NCBI GenBank assembly: GCA_020184695.1
Contig: JAANOX010000232.1
Coordinates: forward strand, 222,093-286,092
Source: Histomonas meleagridis 2922-C6/04-290x
Taxonomy: Eukaryota > Protista > Parabasalia
Reading direction: 5' to 3'
Length of the DNA stretch: 64,000 nt
The notes below the pieces were generated by a model, which did no database searches, was not told where the DNA came from, and saw only the letters and a program-made list of their open reading frames with translations. Positions 52,296-64,000 of this stretch are shown one piece after another (the stretch's first letter is position 1; each line of letters begins with the position of its first letter). Both the position numbers and the translations under genes were made by a program.

Positions 52296-53372
52296 TTAAA
52301 ACAATTCATTCCCTGTTCCTTCTTCTTCTTCAGAATCAAGAAATTGGTACTGTTCTATTTCCTCTGTTAGTGTTCTTTTTTCGACTGAAAATCCGGACAA
52401 ATTAAATCCCAAGAAAGAGAAGACGACTCCAAGATAAGGAATCGATGAGTAACCAAATGTTAAAACTTCTTCTCTAAACACACTATGTCTCACAAAGAAG
52501 TTTAGCATTGTTGCGAATATAATAATTCTGGACAATTCAACAGCAGACGTATGCAGAATTAGCCAAAACTGCATATAATGCCTTAAAGCGCTTGCTGCAA
52601 CAAAAGCGGTAATCAGAATTATGGAGTTATGAGTTGGCGATATAAATATTTTTTCTTTTTTCGTGAACGATATGTACGAATGATATAGCGATGTGATGAC
52701 AATTCCCCAAACTCCGTTTTCAGCACAAAACGAAAGTGGCGAAAGACTAATTGTAGTTGATAAGGATTGTACAATTGTCATACTAATGCAATTAAGTAGA
52801 ATAGATAAAATCAGAAAGAGATAGCCAGCATGAACTGACTCGATTCCAAAAACAAAATATGGGGTAGAATAGATCGGTTCAAATGGTTCGCCAACAGGAC
52901 TTGAAGAAATTGAAATATAACCAATGGTTTGGAAAATTAACCCGATAAATTCAATAAACGTAAGTTTTTGATTAAAAAAAATTAATGAAAATATGGACTG
53001 AAATATGGGAAATAAAAAAAAGAGAGTTTCCGATTTTTCAGGAGCAAGAGACATTGCAATTTTTAAGGATGCATCACAACTAATATCAAGAAGTGTGAGA
53101 GTAGCTGAATTGATAAGTGATAAATGTTTTTTGTGACTTATCATATTTTTCTTTCTTCCAAACATACGTACAAAAAATGCAGCAAGAAGCATTGATACAT
53201 ATTGGAGAAATTGAGAAATTAATAGACGTGGTGGATTTAACCGAAGAAAAGTAAGGCGTGTTTCTATTATTTCTGTAGCAATGTATGAAAAAACAAATAA
53301 CACGTGGCGTATTGTTATTGCTTTCTCGAAATTTTCGTTGTTTTTTGATGGTGGCCGATGTCTCGCCACCAT
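52296..53372 (-). CDS. Multi-pass drug/metabolite transporter (EamA/SLC35F-like)
   Basis: About 9-10 hydrophobic helices. IFQSIFSLIFFNQKLTFIEFIGL and AENGVWG resemble DMT motifs. Confidence 0.6.
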   Translation of the reverse strand: MVARHRPPSKNNENFEKAITIRHVLFVFSYIATEIIETRLTFLRLNPPRLLISQFLQYVSMLLAAFFVRMFGRKKNMISHKKHLSLINSATLTLLDISCDASLKIAMSLAPEKSETLFFLFPIFQSIFSLIFFNQKLTFIEFIGLIFQTIGYISISSSPVGEPFEPIYSTPYFVFGIESVHAGYLFLILSILLNCISMTIVQSLSTTISLSPLSFCAENGVWGIVITSLYHSYISFTKKEKIFISPTHNSIILITAFVAASALRHYMQFWLILHTSAVELSRIIIFATMLNFFVRHSVFREEVLTFGYSSIPYLGVVFSFLGFNLSGFSVEKRTLTEEIEQYQFLDSEEEEGTGNELF

Positions 53373-54119
53373 ATTAGAATTGACTAAGTCTGTCAGATAT
53401 TTATCTTTTTGTTTTGCAAAAGATTTTGTCCTAACAATATGATTATTGCTTATTTTTATGATTAAACGTAACTATATCTTACCAGAATAATTGTTTAAAG
53501 AATTAAAAAACAAAATTTAAATCCGTAAATGTTCGTTTATTCATCACTTAAAAAACTTGAATAAATTGTTATCAATAACATTTTCGGTTTCAAATATTAT
53601 CAAATTTTCGATCACCTCCGTCGAATGAATAAAAATGCTGAAAAAGTTTTTGTTACATCTTCTTGTTGGACATCGGCATTTTCAAGAATTTTTTGGAAAC
53701 TATTCAGTTGTTTTTGCCTATGTTCCAGCATCTGTATCAAACGTTTCAAATGAATCCCTGAAAAAGACAATAAGAAAAGAAAGATACTAATGTAATTTGA
53801 TTAATATTTTTGTTATGATAGAACATGGACATATTATTGTTGCATAATAATTTTTCTGATTTCACTTCCACTATTTTTCTTTCTTGATCATATTGAAACA
53901 ACTGTTATATTTCTTCTAGTATGCACAGCTATTTCTGGCGCAGGCGTTTTAGTTTTTGGTATCTTGAGCCCAGTATATATTCGTATAGATTCTCTTGTTG
54001 ATAAAGCAATCAGTCACCAAGTGTCATATTCATCATATGAAAGCGATATTAATGGAACAATTAATGAGCTTCCATATCTTGAAATTGGTTTTACAATGAG
54101 TTATAAAATACTTCGAATT

Positions 54120-56466
54120 TTAAATATTAACAAATTTTTCATCTTCTTTGAAATCTTGTGCAAATGGATCTTCATCAATATGTGAAATATTAATTCCTGT
54201 CGAAAAATTATTGATTACATTATTCCCTTCTTGTCCATTTTCGTTTTCATCATTAATATTTTCATTAATATTTAATTGTTTTCGTTTATGTTTAATTAAA
54301 ACAATTGATATTATAATAATAATAATAATGATAATGATAACAACACAAACAACAATAATAATGATATTGATATTAATATTATTCGAATTCGAATTCGTTT
54401 GTTCTTCTTTATGTTGAAATATCGTGAAAAAATTAGAATAAAATATGAAATTTGTTGAATATTGAATAATCGTATAATTATAATAAATAAGAATCGTATT
54501 AATATAAATATATGCTGAATTAACAAATGATATTGAATATGTATTTAAATATGAAATTTGTCTCGTAATTGTTCTTGTGATTGAATATGAATTTATTAAT
54601 GTTATTGTTATTGAATAAGAAAATTTTATATCAGATTGGAAAGAAGATGTAAATGTATTCGATATTGTAACATAATTAGAATCAGTAAATGGATTTGACT
54701 TCGTATATGTATTTGATTTTGTAAATGAATTTGATTTGGTAAATGTATTTGATTTAGTGAATGTATTACTTTGTGAAAATGTCAATGTTATTATTGGTTC
54801 ACAGCCTTCACTCGCATTTCCTTGTAATATGTTTAAATCACCAAATTTTGTATCATTGTAAACATTAGTTACAATAACATCTTTAGTTGAAATATTATAA
54901 AATGCATTGCTTCCAATTGATGGTTCTGAAGATCCATAATAATAAATACATTGAAGTTGTTGACATTGAGAAAAATGAATAACTTCCAATAGTTGTAACT
55001 GTAACCAGAATAATAATGTTTTTTTCAAATTTGTACATGAATAAAAATGAATATGTTTCAATGATTTCAACATATTTAGGAACGCAAAATGTTTCATTCA
55101 AATTACCATTCGGATAACAGTTAAGATTCGTATAATTTTGATTATAAATAATTCCATCTTTATAATAATTAGAATAATATTCATTTTCTTCTGAAATATT
55201 AATAAATTGAAGTTTAGAACATAAACTAAATGCACCAATTCCAATATATCTAACTGATTTAGGAATTGTAATATTTTCTAATGAATAACAATTTTGAAAT
55301 GCAAAATCATTTATTATTGATATATTATTCCCAAATGTAATTGTTGTTAATTTAATATTTGAACTAAATGCTGAACTTCCAATTGACATCAAAGAATCTG
55401 GAAATGAAATATTTGTAAATAAACATGAATAAAATGAATAATCTCCAATTGTTGTTAATGAATTTGGAAACAAAATATTTGTAAATAAACATTGATAAAA
55501 TGAATAACTTCCAATAGTTGTAACTGTATCCGGAATAATAATGTTTTTCAAATTTGTACATGAATAAAATGAATATGTTTCAATGATTTTAACATATTTA
55601 GGAACGCAAAATGTTTCATTCAAATTACCATTCGGATAACAGTTAAGATTCGTATAATTTTGATTATAAATAATTCCATCTTTATAATAATTAGAATAAT
55701 ATTCATTTTCTTCTGAAATATTAATAAATTGAAGTTTAGAACATAAACTAAATGCACCAATTCCAATATATGTAACTGATTTCGGAATTATAATGTTTTC
55801 TAATGAAATACAATTTTGAAATGCAAAATCATTTATTACTGAAATATTATTCCCAAATATAATCGTTGTTAAATTATTATTTGAACTAAATGCAGAACCT
55901 CCAATTGATATTAATGAATCTGGAAATGTAATACTAATTAAAGAACATAGTGGAAATGCAATATTTTAAAAACTTTTTAAATTATTACCAAAAGAAACTG
56001 TTTCCAATGAAGTACAAGAATAAAATGCATATCTTTCAATCGTAATAACTGAATCTCCAATATCAACAGATGTGATTGACGTCCAAAATTCAAATGTATT
56101 ACTTGGAATAACAGTAACATTGCCATTAATAATAATATTTTTTATGTTATCATCTTTTTCAGTTGGAAATTCATTTGAATTAGAAATAGTAAGTGTTCCA
56201 GTATTTGGATCAAATGTTTCATATGAAAATATGAAAAAAATAATAATAAATATTGGAATTATTTTGATATTATTGACTTTTTTATTATGAACAAATTTGG
56301 AAAAATAATTTATCAATAAAAATTTGATTTTGATATAAAATTTTGAGAAGGAAAATGTACTGAACCATGTGCATAATGAATTATATCCATATATATTTAC
56401 GATATCATGAATAGTTGCTCTTTCATTTGGGAGCATTTCTGGTTTCTGCCGTTTGATTATACTCAT
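54120..56466 (-). pseudogene. Inverted paralog of BspA 48985-51255, disrupted in this sequence
   Basis: Pieces 55966-56466, 54895-55623 and 54120-55097. One in-frame TAA at 55966-55968 and homopolymer indels at about 54970-55050. The tail is identical (EDPFAQDFKEDEKFVNI). Confidence 0.8.
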
Positions 56467-56589
56467 TCAAATTTCAATACTATATTCAAAACCAACAAAA
56501 AGTGAATGATGTCAATCACCTCACAGAGTATCCAATATAACCTTTTTACGAAACCTGGTTTAAGATATCGCAAAGATATCAGTTTTTCA

Positions 56590-56750
56590 TCCACACCTTC
56601 TCATCAAATTTAAACTCATGCAAATATCGCTATGATTTATATTTTCACATTACTTCAAATAAAATATAATTTTCATCAAATTTCTAACTCATACAAATAT
56701 CGCTATGATTTATATTTTCACATTATTTCAAATAAAATATAATTTTCAAC
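56590..56750. repeat. Two-copy version of the 72-73-bp minisatellite (reverse complement)
   Basis: TCGCTATG at 56627 and 56700. Confidence 0.9.
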
Positions 56751-56757
56751 AATTTAT

Positions 56758-57393
56758 TTAATCCATTGATAAATCTGTTTGTGGTGGTTTACAAGCAGAA
56801 TGTATTATTGTGTTATCATTCAGCACGTAAAACACAGAGAATTTAATTGGTTTTCTGCATGTCGCGCACAAAGTGTCGTGTGTAATTTCCACAGAGCCTC
56901 CTTTCAAATATTTTAATTGTTGTTTCTTAAATGATAAAGTTGATTGGATTAATGCATTTTCGATCTTTTTTTCGCGATTATGATTCACCATTCCGACGGT
57001 GACATTCTTTAAGAATTCTTTAATTTCAACTAATTTAATATTCGATGGAATTCGTTGAATAACACAAACAATATCTAAAAATTCCGTCTTCGTATTAACA
57101 AGTCGAATTATATTCTTTTTCGAATTTTCATTAACATTCGGGTTGTGATATTAATTCCATAAATAATTGTGTAAAAACATCTTTTTGATTTTGTTCTTCT
57201 TCATAAACTTTCTCACAAAAATCAAGTGCAATACTAAAGTCGACAATACTTTGCGAAACAAGTTGAAGACAATTCTTAATCATTCCGCTTCGTCGCATTG
57301 CTACGAGTTTCTCTTCAAGAAAACAATCACTGATTTTATCAACTTGTGCTGCTGCATCTGATCGTTCACATGTTTCAAGTATCTTTTGTAACC
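56758..57393 (-). other. Duplicated 3' part of the VPS39-like gene (5' part not present in the window)
   Basis: C-terminal 77 aa are identical to ORF 47966-48367. Homology stops at 57393, the fold-back apex. Confidence 0.85.
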
Positions 57394-60300
57394 ATTTTTT
57401 GACCTCTATTTCATGTTATTTTATTCCCCACGGGCGAACATGACGATCAGATCTGGCAACTGGTGATAAAATCGTAGTGTCTTAAACTTCTGCGGCGACA
57501 ACCAGAATTATTCAAGAATTGCTTCAATGTTTCTGTGTCATTTGCTGCGCCCGTTCATAAGCATTATGAGAAAACAAATAAAATGTTTTTACTGTTATTT
57601 ATGGAATGTCACGCCAGTGTTAATGAGAATAGAAAACTGACCCGAGACGAGATGCTGGATCTGGACTGTGTTGACTTCGGCAATTCCGTCAGTGTTAGTT
57701 GAGTAAAATGTAAGAATAATCGCTATCACTTGAAAAGATCGTATACGTAATCCAATCATTTATCATTGAAGCAACGATGAAACTGAGAGGAGGCTGTGAA
57801 GCCGCATTTTTGTGCAGGTATTTCTCTGTGTTTGCCCGTGGTTTGAACTGACTGGCGCAATGGCCATTCGCTGTGAAACCGCCACCATTTGGTATCATGG
57901 ATAGCGAAACCATATTTGCCAATAATGTGAAAATATGGAAATCATATCTACTACAGTGAAAACTGATGAAAATATATTTTATTTGGTAATGTGTATAGGT
58001 CATAGCGTCTATTTGCATGGTTCAAATTTGATGAAAATGTGATGTACGGTATCTAAAACCAAGATTTCTTCAAAAGGTATATTGGTATAACAGTGTTGAC
58101 ATTCTTCTTTCTTGATTTTTGATATATTGAGCAGATGAGTGTCAGGCGGCGAGCTTCAAGCTCCACAGCTGAATATTCTATTCATGATATCATAATATAC
58201 CTGTGGATATGATATTCTGCATGAAGTTGGTATTTCATATGTCAAAATCGAGAATTTTTATTAGATAAATATTTAATTATTTATCAAAAAGTCGTATATC
58301 AGAAATATTCAATATTATTATCTACTGTATTTTCATATGAAGCTTATTTGATCATTCTCTCTTATTAGACTTTACATTTGAAAATGACATGAAATATTAT
58401 TGAAGTAATAATAATCTACGCGATATTCATTGATTTGTTCATACAGTGGTATTGTAAATTATCAAGTAAGTTCATTGATTCAATAATAATTTGGCAACGA
58501 TGTTGGTGTATTTCAGTAATGAATTTTTGCATTCAATGCTGTGGCATTATAGTAGAAATCAGCCATATAAACGAATTATTGCGACTAATTTATGTTCTAA
58601 ACTTCCAGTTTATTAATATTTCGAGAAATAGATATTATTCCTAATTATCTGGATGGTCTTCTATCATGCAGTCTGTGTATCCGAATGTGTGAATGAGCAT
58701 TGCGTTCCTAAATAGCTGTTAAAGATCGTGGTATATTCGTGTATTTTGGAAATTTGAAAACATTATTCCAGTTTGACTATTGAGCCATTCATTTGTCGTG
58801 TTTATTTTACAGTGTTTCCAAGTCATTAGCTGCATATGGAGACCATTCTATGTTTGACCCCACAAAGTATTTCATTTCAGACTAACTGTCAGTGAAGTTC
58901 AGCTGTTATTCAAATATTAAGTTGGCTGGCTGAACCCCCAGATATCAATGACTGCCATTTTGCATTCAAAACTATGCAATAAAACTCTTACAGACAAATC
59001 ATTGACCTCTGTGGAGATTGGTGCATTTAGACATGTTTGGAAACTCAAATTTATTGTATTTCTCGAAAAATGAATATTATTGAGCCATTATGAATGGTGT
59101 TATAATCGGAAACATACCAGTCCAGCTCTCGAATATTGAAACATTTGCGTTCCTAATATGTTCAATCGTAATTTCATGTGTCATTATTCATGTTACAATT
59201 TGAAAAGTGACGTGTATTCGGACCGTCCAACTGTTGGTCATCCTTCAATGTCAGCTGACATAATATGAACCATCAGATGAAGCAATCCTTATCTTTTCGA
59301 CGAAGATCTGACGTGACAATGTTTATCATCTAAAACGCATATTACAAAGGAAATGCCTCGCTAAATCAAGCCATTTACAAATAATTCATTTACAATCAAT
59401 ACATACGAGAAGTCAATCCATTTACTGACTATTAACTGTTACAATATCGACCTACATTTACATCTTCTTTCAGTCTGATATAAAGTACCTTATTCCATTA
59501 ACAATAACATTAATGAATTCGCCAATCTCGCAAGGAACAATACGAACGAATTTCATATTTAAATATATTCGATATCATTTGTTAATTCGGCGCTCTCATA
59601 TTGTACGATGTTATTATAATTCTACGTTATTTCAATATTCGGCAAATTCATATTTTATTGTACAAAATGTTTCATTTATGAAGAACAGGCAATTTAAATT
59701 CAGAGGAATATTATCATTATTATTGTTTACGATATATTATCAAATATCGTCCTACTGTATATCAGTATTTTAATTAAACAAACGAAACAATTAAATATTA
59801 ATGAAATATTAATGATGAAAACGAAAATGGACAAATATGTATTGTCAATTTTTCGACGGAATTAATACCATATTGATGAAGATCTACTTCACGCAGAGAT
59901 TCAGAGATTAGGCGTTTGGTGTGTTTAAAGTCGAAAAGTATTATAATATTCTTCATCATTCAGATATGGAAGCTTCATTTGGTATTCAGTAATATCGCTT
60001 CGTATGACAGATATGACTACCGATAATGTCACTATCAACAGAGAGTCTATACAGTCAGATACGCCGAAAACTCTTGTGCATACTACTTCAAACATTATTT
60101 CAATATGATCAAAAGAAAATGATGAAGTATAAAACCACCAGCAATAATATATTATGATTTATATAAATGTCATCATATTCTTTTCTTTGTGTCTTTTCGA
60201 AGTCTTGAGCGTTTGACGAATGCTGTTTCAAAACAGCGAACGTGTTCAAAGCTAGTGATATATAACGTCTGTGAAAACTTCCTGCTTCCTAATAAAACGA

Positions 60301-63300
60301 AGACGATCAATGTTGAACCGTGTTATTAAATATATTCTTGCATAACATTTGTTACCAGTTTACAATACATTTTTTATCAATCTCTTCTGAACACTGGCAC
60401 ATTTTGTCATAACGCATGCCTGATTGAACAAAACTCTACCAATGAAAAAAAATGCCGACGAACAATCAGTGAAGTGGACATCGTCCTCATAACATAACGA
60501 AAACTCGGCGGCGCCTGCTGCCTACGTGTTGTTATCTAATATATATTACAAGTAATAAGCACTCTTCTTTTCTTCAGTTAATCCACCGCGTCCCAATCTT
60601 CTCAGTGTATCTTAATCATTCTTTCTTGCTGCATTTATTTATCATTTGGAAAGAAAGAAAATATGACAAATGCAAAAAGCTATTATCTTATAAATTATTT
60701 CTCACCGCTTCTTTTCATCATAATCTGATCCATCATATCTTGCTCCTGAAAATAAATACTTATTTCCCTGTTTCGGTCCCACTCTTCCATAATTTTTAAT
60801 CGAAAAACTCCACAGTTATTATCGGTGTTCAAACCACGTGGTTCTATTTCAATTCTTCGAGAGTCTGACCGACGGTTTCGTCTACATGACGTTTTGATCG
60901 TGTCGACATCTGCTGTGCATTTTTATCTGCCACTTGGTGCATTGGTGACATTATTTTGATCTCAGCTGATGATCTCATGCACCTAATTTTGACCAGCTGG
61001 CGCGGAGTTCGAAAGTGGACTTTTTGTTCTGGCTCAAGCCGCCAAGCGTACATATGCAGTTTTGACAATTCTCACGTGCATCTACTGATGTCCAGTGTCC
61101 CTATTGCAATAACTAGCTGTTTGTGAACATAGTGTGTTTGAAGAGAAGATTCTATGATTACTCATCATTCCATATCTTGAGTCGTCTTCTTTTCTTGAGA
61201 TTTATTTGTCAGTTCAGTCAGAAGAAAAGGTACCTTATTGTGAGTGTATTTCTTGTTAGAAAAAAGAAAAGAAGCGAGAATATTGTTTAATAGAAATAAG
61301 AATTATTTATATATTACTGCAACAAAAAATCGTAGAAATGACAAGCATAAGAATGTGACGCTAACGATCAAAAAAACATATGAAAAGTGTAATGAAACCT
61401 ATATGAAACATGATGTGTTCGCGGCGAGCCTGTGGCTTCCGACATTTAATAGGCTAAGTATCGTATTCCGGCAACAACTCTCGTCTGGTCAGTTATTATT
61501 CCAACATGCCCCGGGCTGCACCTCCAGTGATTTAGGTGCTGATGTTGTCTCAAAATTTTTCGAGGGTCCGCCTCGGCGGCTCAACCTGCAACGCCAACTG
61601 CCATGGCGACCGCGTCTCTTCCCAACTAAGGAACATTGCACCGACATGTCGTCACAGCGGGTTCGTATCGGCGTCTTCTAACGACCGTAACTTTAATTCG
61701 AAATGAGGTTTATTGTTCTTGAGTGTTACGCACCATCGATAGGAGATAAATCATTCTGATCTGGTAGTTATTTGGCAATGTTGCCGCTTGTTCGGCAACA
61801 TTTCTTTTTTTTTCTTTCTTTTGTCCAGAGTTACATTAATTTTTGTCTATAAAGTGGTAACCCGTGTTGGTTGTGCGATGACCACCTACGGGAATATAAT
61901 AATTCAGTAGTTTTCTGTGATAATGAATTCTACTTACTATTATGCTTCTTCTGTTTCATGCTATTGTTTTGTTAATTTATACAATATGAGATGCTCTTTC
62001 TAGTCAAATTTTTTTCCATGTTTTCAAGTGAGAACTGGTAACAGTTTGCCTTTATTACCATTTTATAATGAGTAATAACTTTGTATAATTTGCTAAATTA
62101 TTATTTAATTATGAATTATTATAACCAATTTATTTATATAAAAATTTTATAGACTAATTTTAAATATTATGATTTTCTCTCTTCTTTGAAATCTTGTACA
62201 AAATGGATCTTCTATCAATATGATATATTAATTCGCAATCAAAATTATTGATTACACATTCCCCTTCTTGTCATTTCTCTTTCTCTGTTGCCTATTTTCA
62301 TTAATATTTAATTGTTTTCGTTGCCCAATTAAAACAATTGATATTATATTGTAATATAATGATAATGTATAATAATATTTCTACAAACAACAATATATAA
62401 TATTTGATATTAATATTATTCTAAATTCTTATACATACAATAATAAAAAATAAATATACAGAGTTATTTGAATATTGAAGATAATCATTATAATTATAAA
62501 TAAAATCGTATGAATATAAATATATGCTGAAGTATAAATGTGATATTGTGTATACTTTAATATGTGTCTCGTAATTGTTCTTGTGATTGAATATGAATTT
62601 ATTATGTTATTGTTATTAGTCTGCTTTATATCAGTTGGAAGAAGATAATCTGTCGATATTGTAGCAGGTGAGTCAGTAAATGTCTTGATTTTATAAATGT
62701 ATTTGATTTAGTGAATGTATTGCTATATGTGTTTCTGGTTTGCAATATTCCTTTCTTTTTCTATCTATTTAAATTTCCAAAATTTTGTATCATTGTAAAC
62801 ATTAGTTACAATAACTTCTTTAGTTAAATATTAAAGTGTATGCTTCAATTGATGGTTCTGAGTCCACTATATAAATACATGAAGTTTGACATTGAGAAAA
62901 TAGACCAACTTCCCCATGTTGTAACTGTATCTAGTCTTTCTCTTTTCAATTGTTGCATGTCTCATGAATATGTTCAATGATTTTAATATTACCCCCAGGA
63001 ACGCAAATGTTTCTTTGTTCGGATAACCAGTTATGAATTCAATGTGATTTTGATTATAAATAATTCAAATATATATTAATAAAATATTATTCATTTTCTT
63101 CTGTAGTATTAATAGATTGAAGTTTAGGCTGTAAACTAAGTACTTCATTATTATATCTAACTGATTTAAGTTTCTAATGTTTTCTAACATGAGATAATAT
63201 AGTTTTTATGATAAAATCATTTATTTTTCTTGAATGTATTTAAGTACAATCGTTGTTATTATATGACCATTCTATTTAAACTGACATCAAAAGAATAAAC

Positions 63301-64000
63301 TAGGGAATATTTGTAAATAAACATAGTAAAATAGTAATATCAATATTGTTAATAATTTAAACAAAATATTTGGAAATAACATTGAGAAAATGAACAACTT
63401 CCAATGGTTATATTGTATCAAGATAATAATGTTTATTTGTACATGAATAAAATGAATATGTTTCAATATTTACATGTTTAGGAACGCAAAAATATTTACT
63501 GGAAATTGCCTTCTAGGATAACGGTTAAGATTCATTGTTTGATTTATAAATAATTTCCATCCTGTGATATAAATAATATTCATTTTCTTCTGATATTAGC
63601 AAGTGAAGTTTGAACATAAACTATTTTACCATTTCAATACTATATATTATTTAGAATTATAATATTTTCAATAGATAACAATTTTGAAATACAAGAATAT
63701 TTTATTTCTTATGTATTCCAAATATAATCGTTGTTAATTTAATATTTGAAGACTAAATGCTGAACTTCCCGAGCTGACGTAAAGTCTGAAATGTATGATA
63801 AAGAACATCTATAAAATGCAGCATCTCATTTTATTGTTTTTAAATTGTTTCCAAAGAAATTGTTTTTTTTTTTTTTAATGAAGACACAAGTAAATGCATA
63901 TCTTTTCGTCGTAATATTCAAATCTCAATTTCAACCAGATGTGATTAATACTCTATAAGATTCTTCTATTTGGAATAACGGTAACATTACCATTAATAAT
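57394..64000. other. Low-accuracy reverse-complement copy of 57393 to about 49290; probable long-read fold-back artefact
   Basis: Continuous collinear noisy matches: 57435 to VPS39 3' end, 58600-59900 to BspA arm B, 60720-61200 to the DMT gene, 61440-61950 to the HP1-like gene, 62160-64000 to BspA arm A. The copy is about 6.6 kb against 8.1 kb, so it is deletion-rich. Confidence 0.85.

Larger units (their letters stand above)
47731..57393. repeat. Inverted segmental duplication: arm A 47731-51259, arm B 54116-57393, spacer about 2.85 kb
   Basis: Arm B is the reverse complement of the VPS39 3' end, minisatellite and BspA. The VPS39 part is near-identical; the BspA 5' part and the intergenic DNA are diverged. 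Confidence 0.9.

Noticed and set aside
13912-55968. In-frame TAA codons (ankyrin gene, BspA paralog) as a sign of TAA=Gln recoding, as in hexamitid diplomonads
   Set aside because: Conserved genes such as RPS30, Rab GDI, DnaJ and PCH2 end at TAA at the expected positions, so the standard code applies.
57695-61681. ORFs 57695-58018, 58435-58644, 59513-59773, 60605-60799, 60844-61068 and 61244-61681 as novel genes
   Set aside because: All lie in the noisy fold-back copy of upstream genes.
1-64000. Canonical trichomonad introns, tRNA or rRNA genes, transposases
   Set aside because: By eye I found no ACTAACACACAG 3' intron motif, cloverleaf, rRNA similarity or transposase motif; tRNAscan-SE and Infernal were not run.

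Overview
AT-rich eukaryotic genomic DNA with intronless, closely spaced genes. BspA-type LRR surface proteins, DUF3447/ankyrin genes, TKL and CAMK kinases, Inr-like TCA(T/C)T elements before ATGs and a candidate hydrogenosomal Tom36/46 receptor point to a parabasalid (trichomonad, Histomonas/Tritrichomonas-like); the taxon is an inference. Recognisable genes from 1 to about 53.4 kb: TRM2-like methyltransferase (catalytic residues lost), RPS30, a CDC48/p97 N+D1 protein whose D2 is replaced by about 78 DPF motifs, two kinases, a tandem Nup53-type RRM protein, DnaJ, YJU2, VPS50, Rab GDI, a karyopherin-like protein, U1-70K, PCH2, SCAPER, VPS39, an HP1-like protein, a DMT transporter and four BspA loci. 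Two non-coding minisatellites (65 bp x6 and about 72 bp x6) start just after stop codons. 47731-51259 and 54116-57393 form a diverged inverted duplication (VPS39 3' end, minisatellite, BspA). From about 57435 to the end, the sequence is a noisy, deletion-rich reverse complement of 57393 back to about 49290. This is most likely a long-read fold-back artefact, so its ORFs should not be treated as genes. Several frameshifts lie in homopolymers and may be sequencing errors. All homology calls are by eye, with no database searches.
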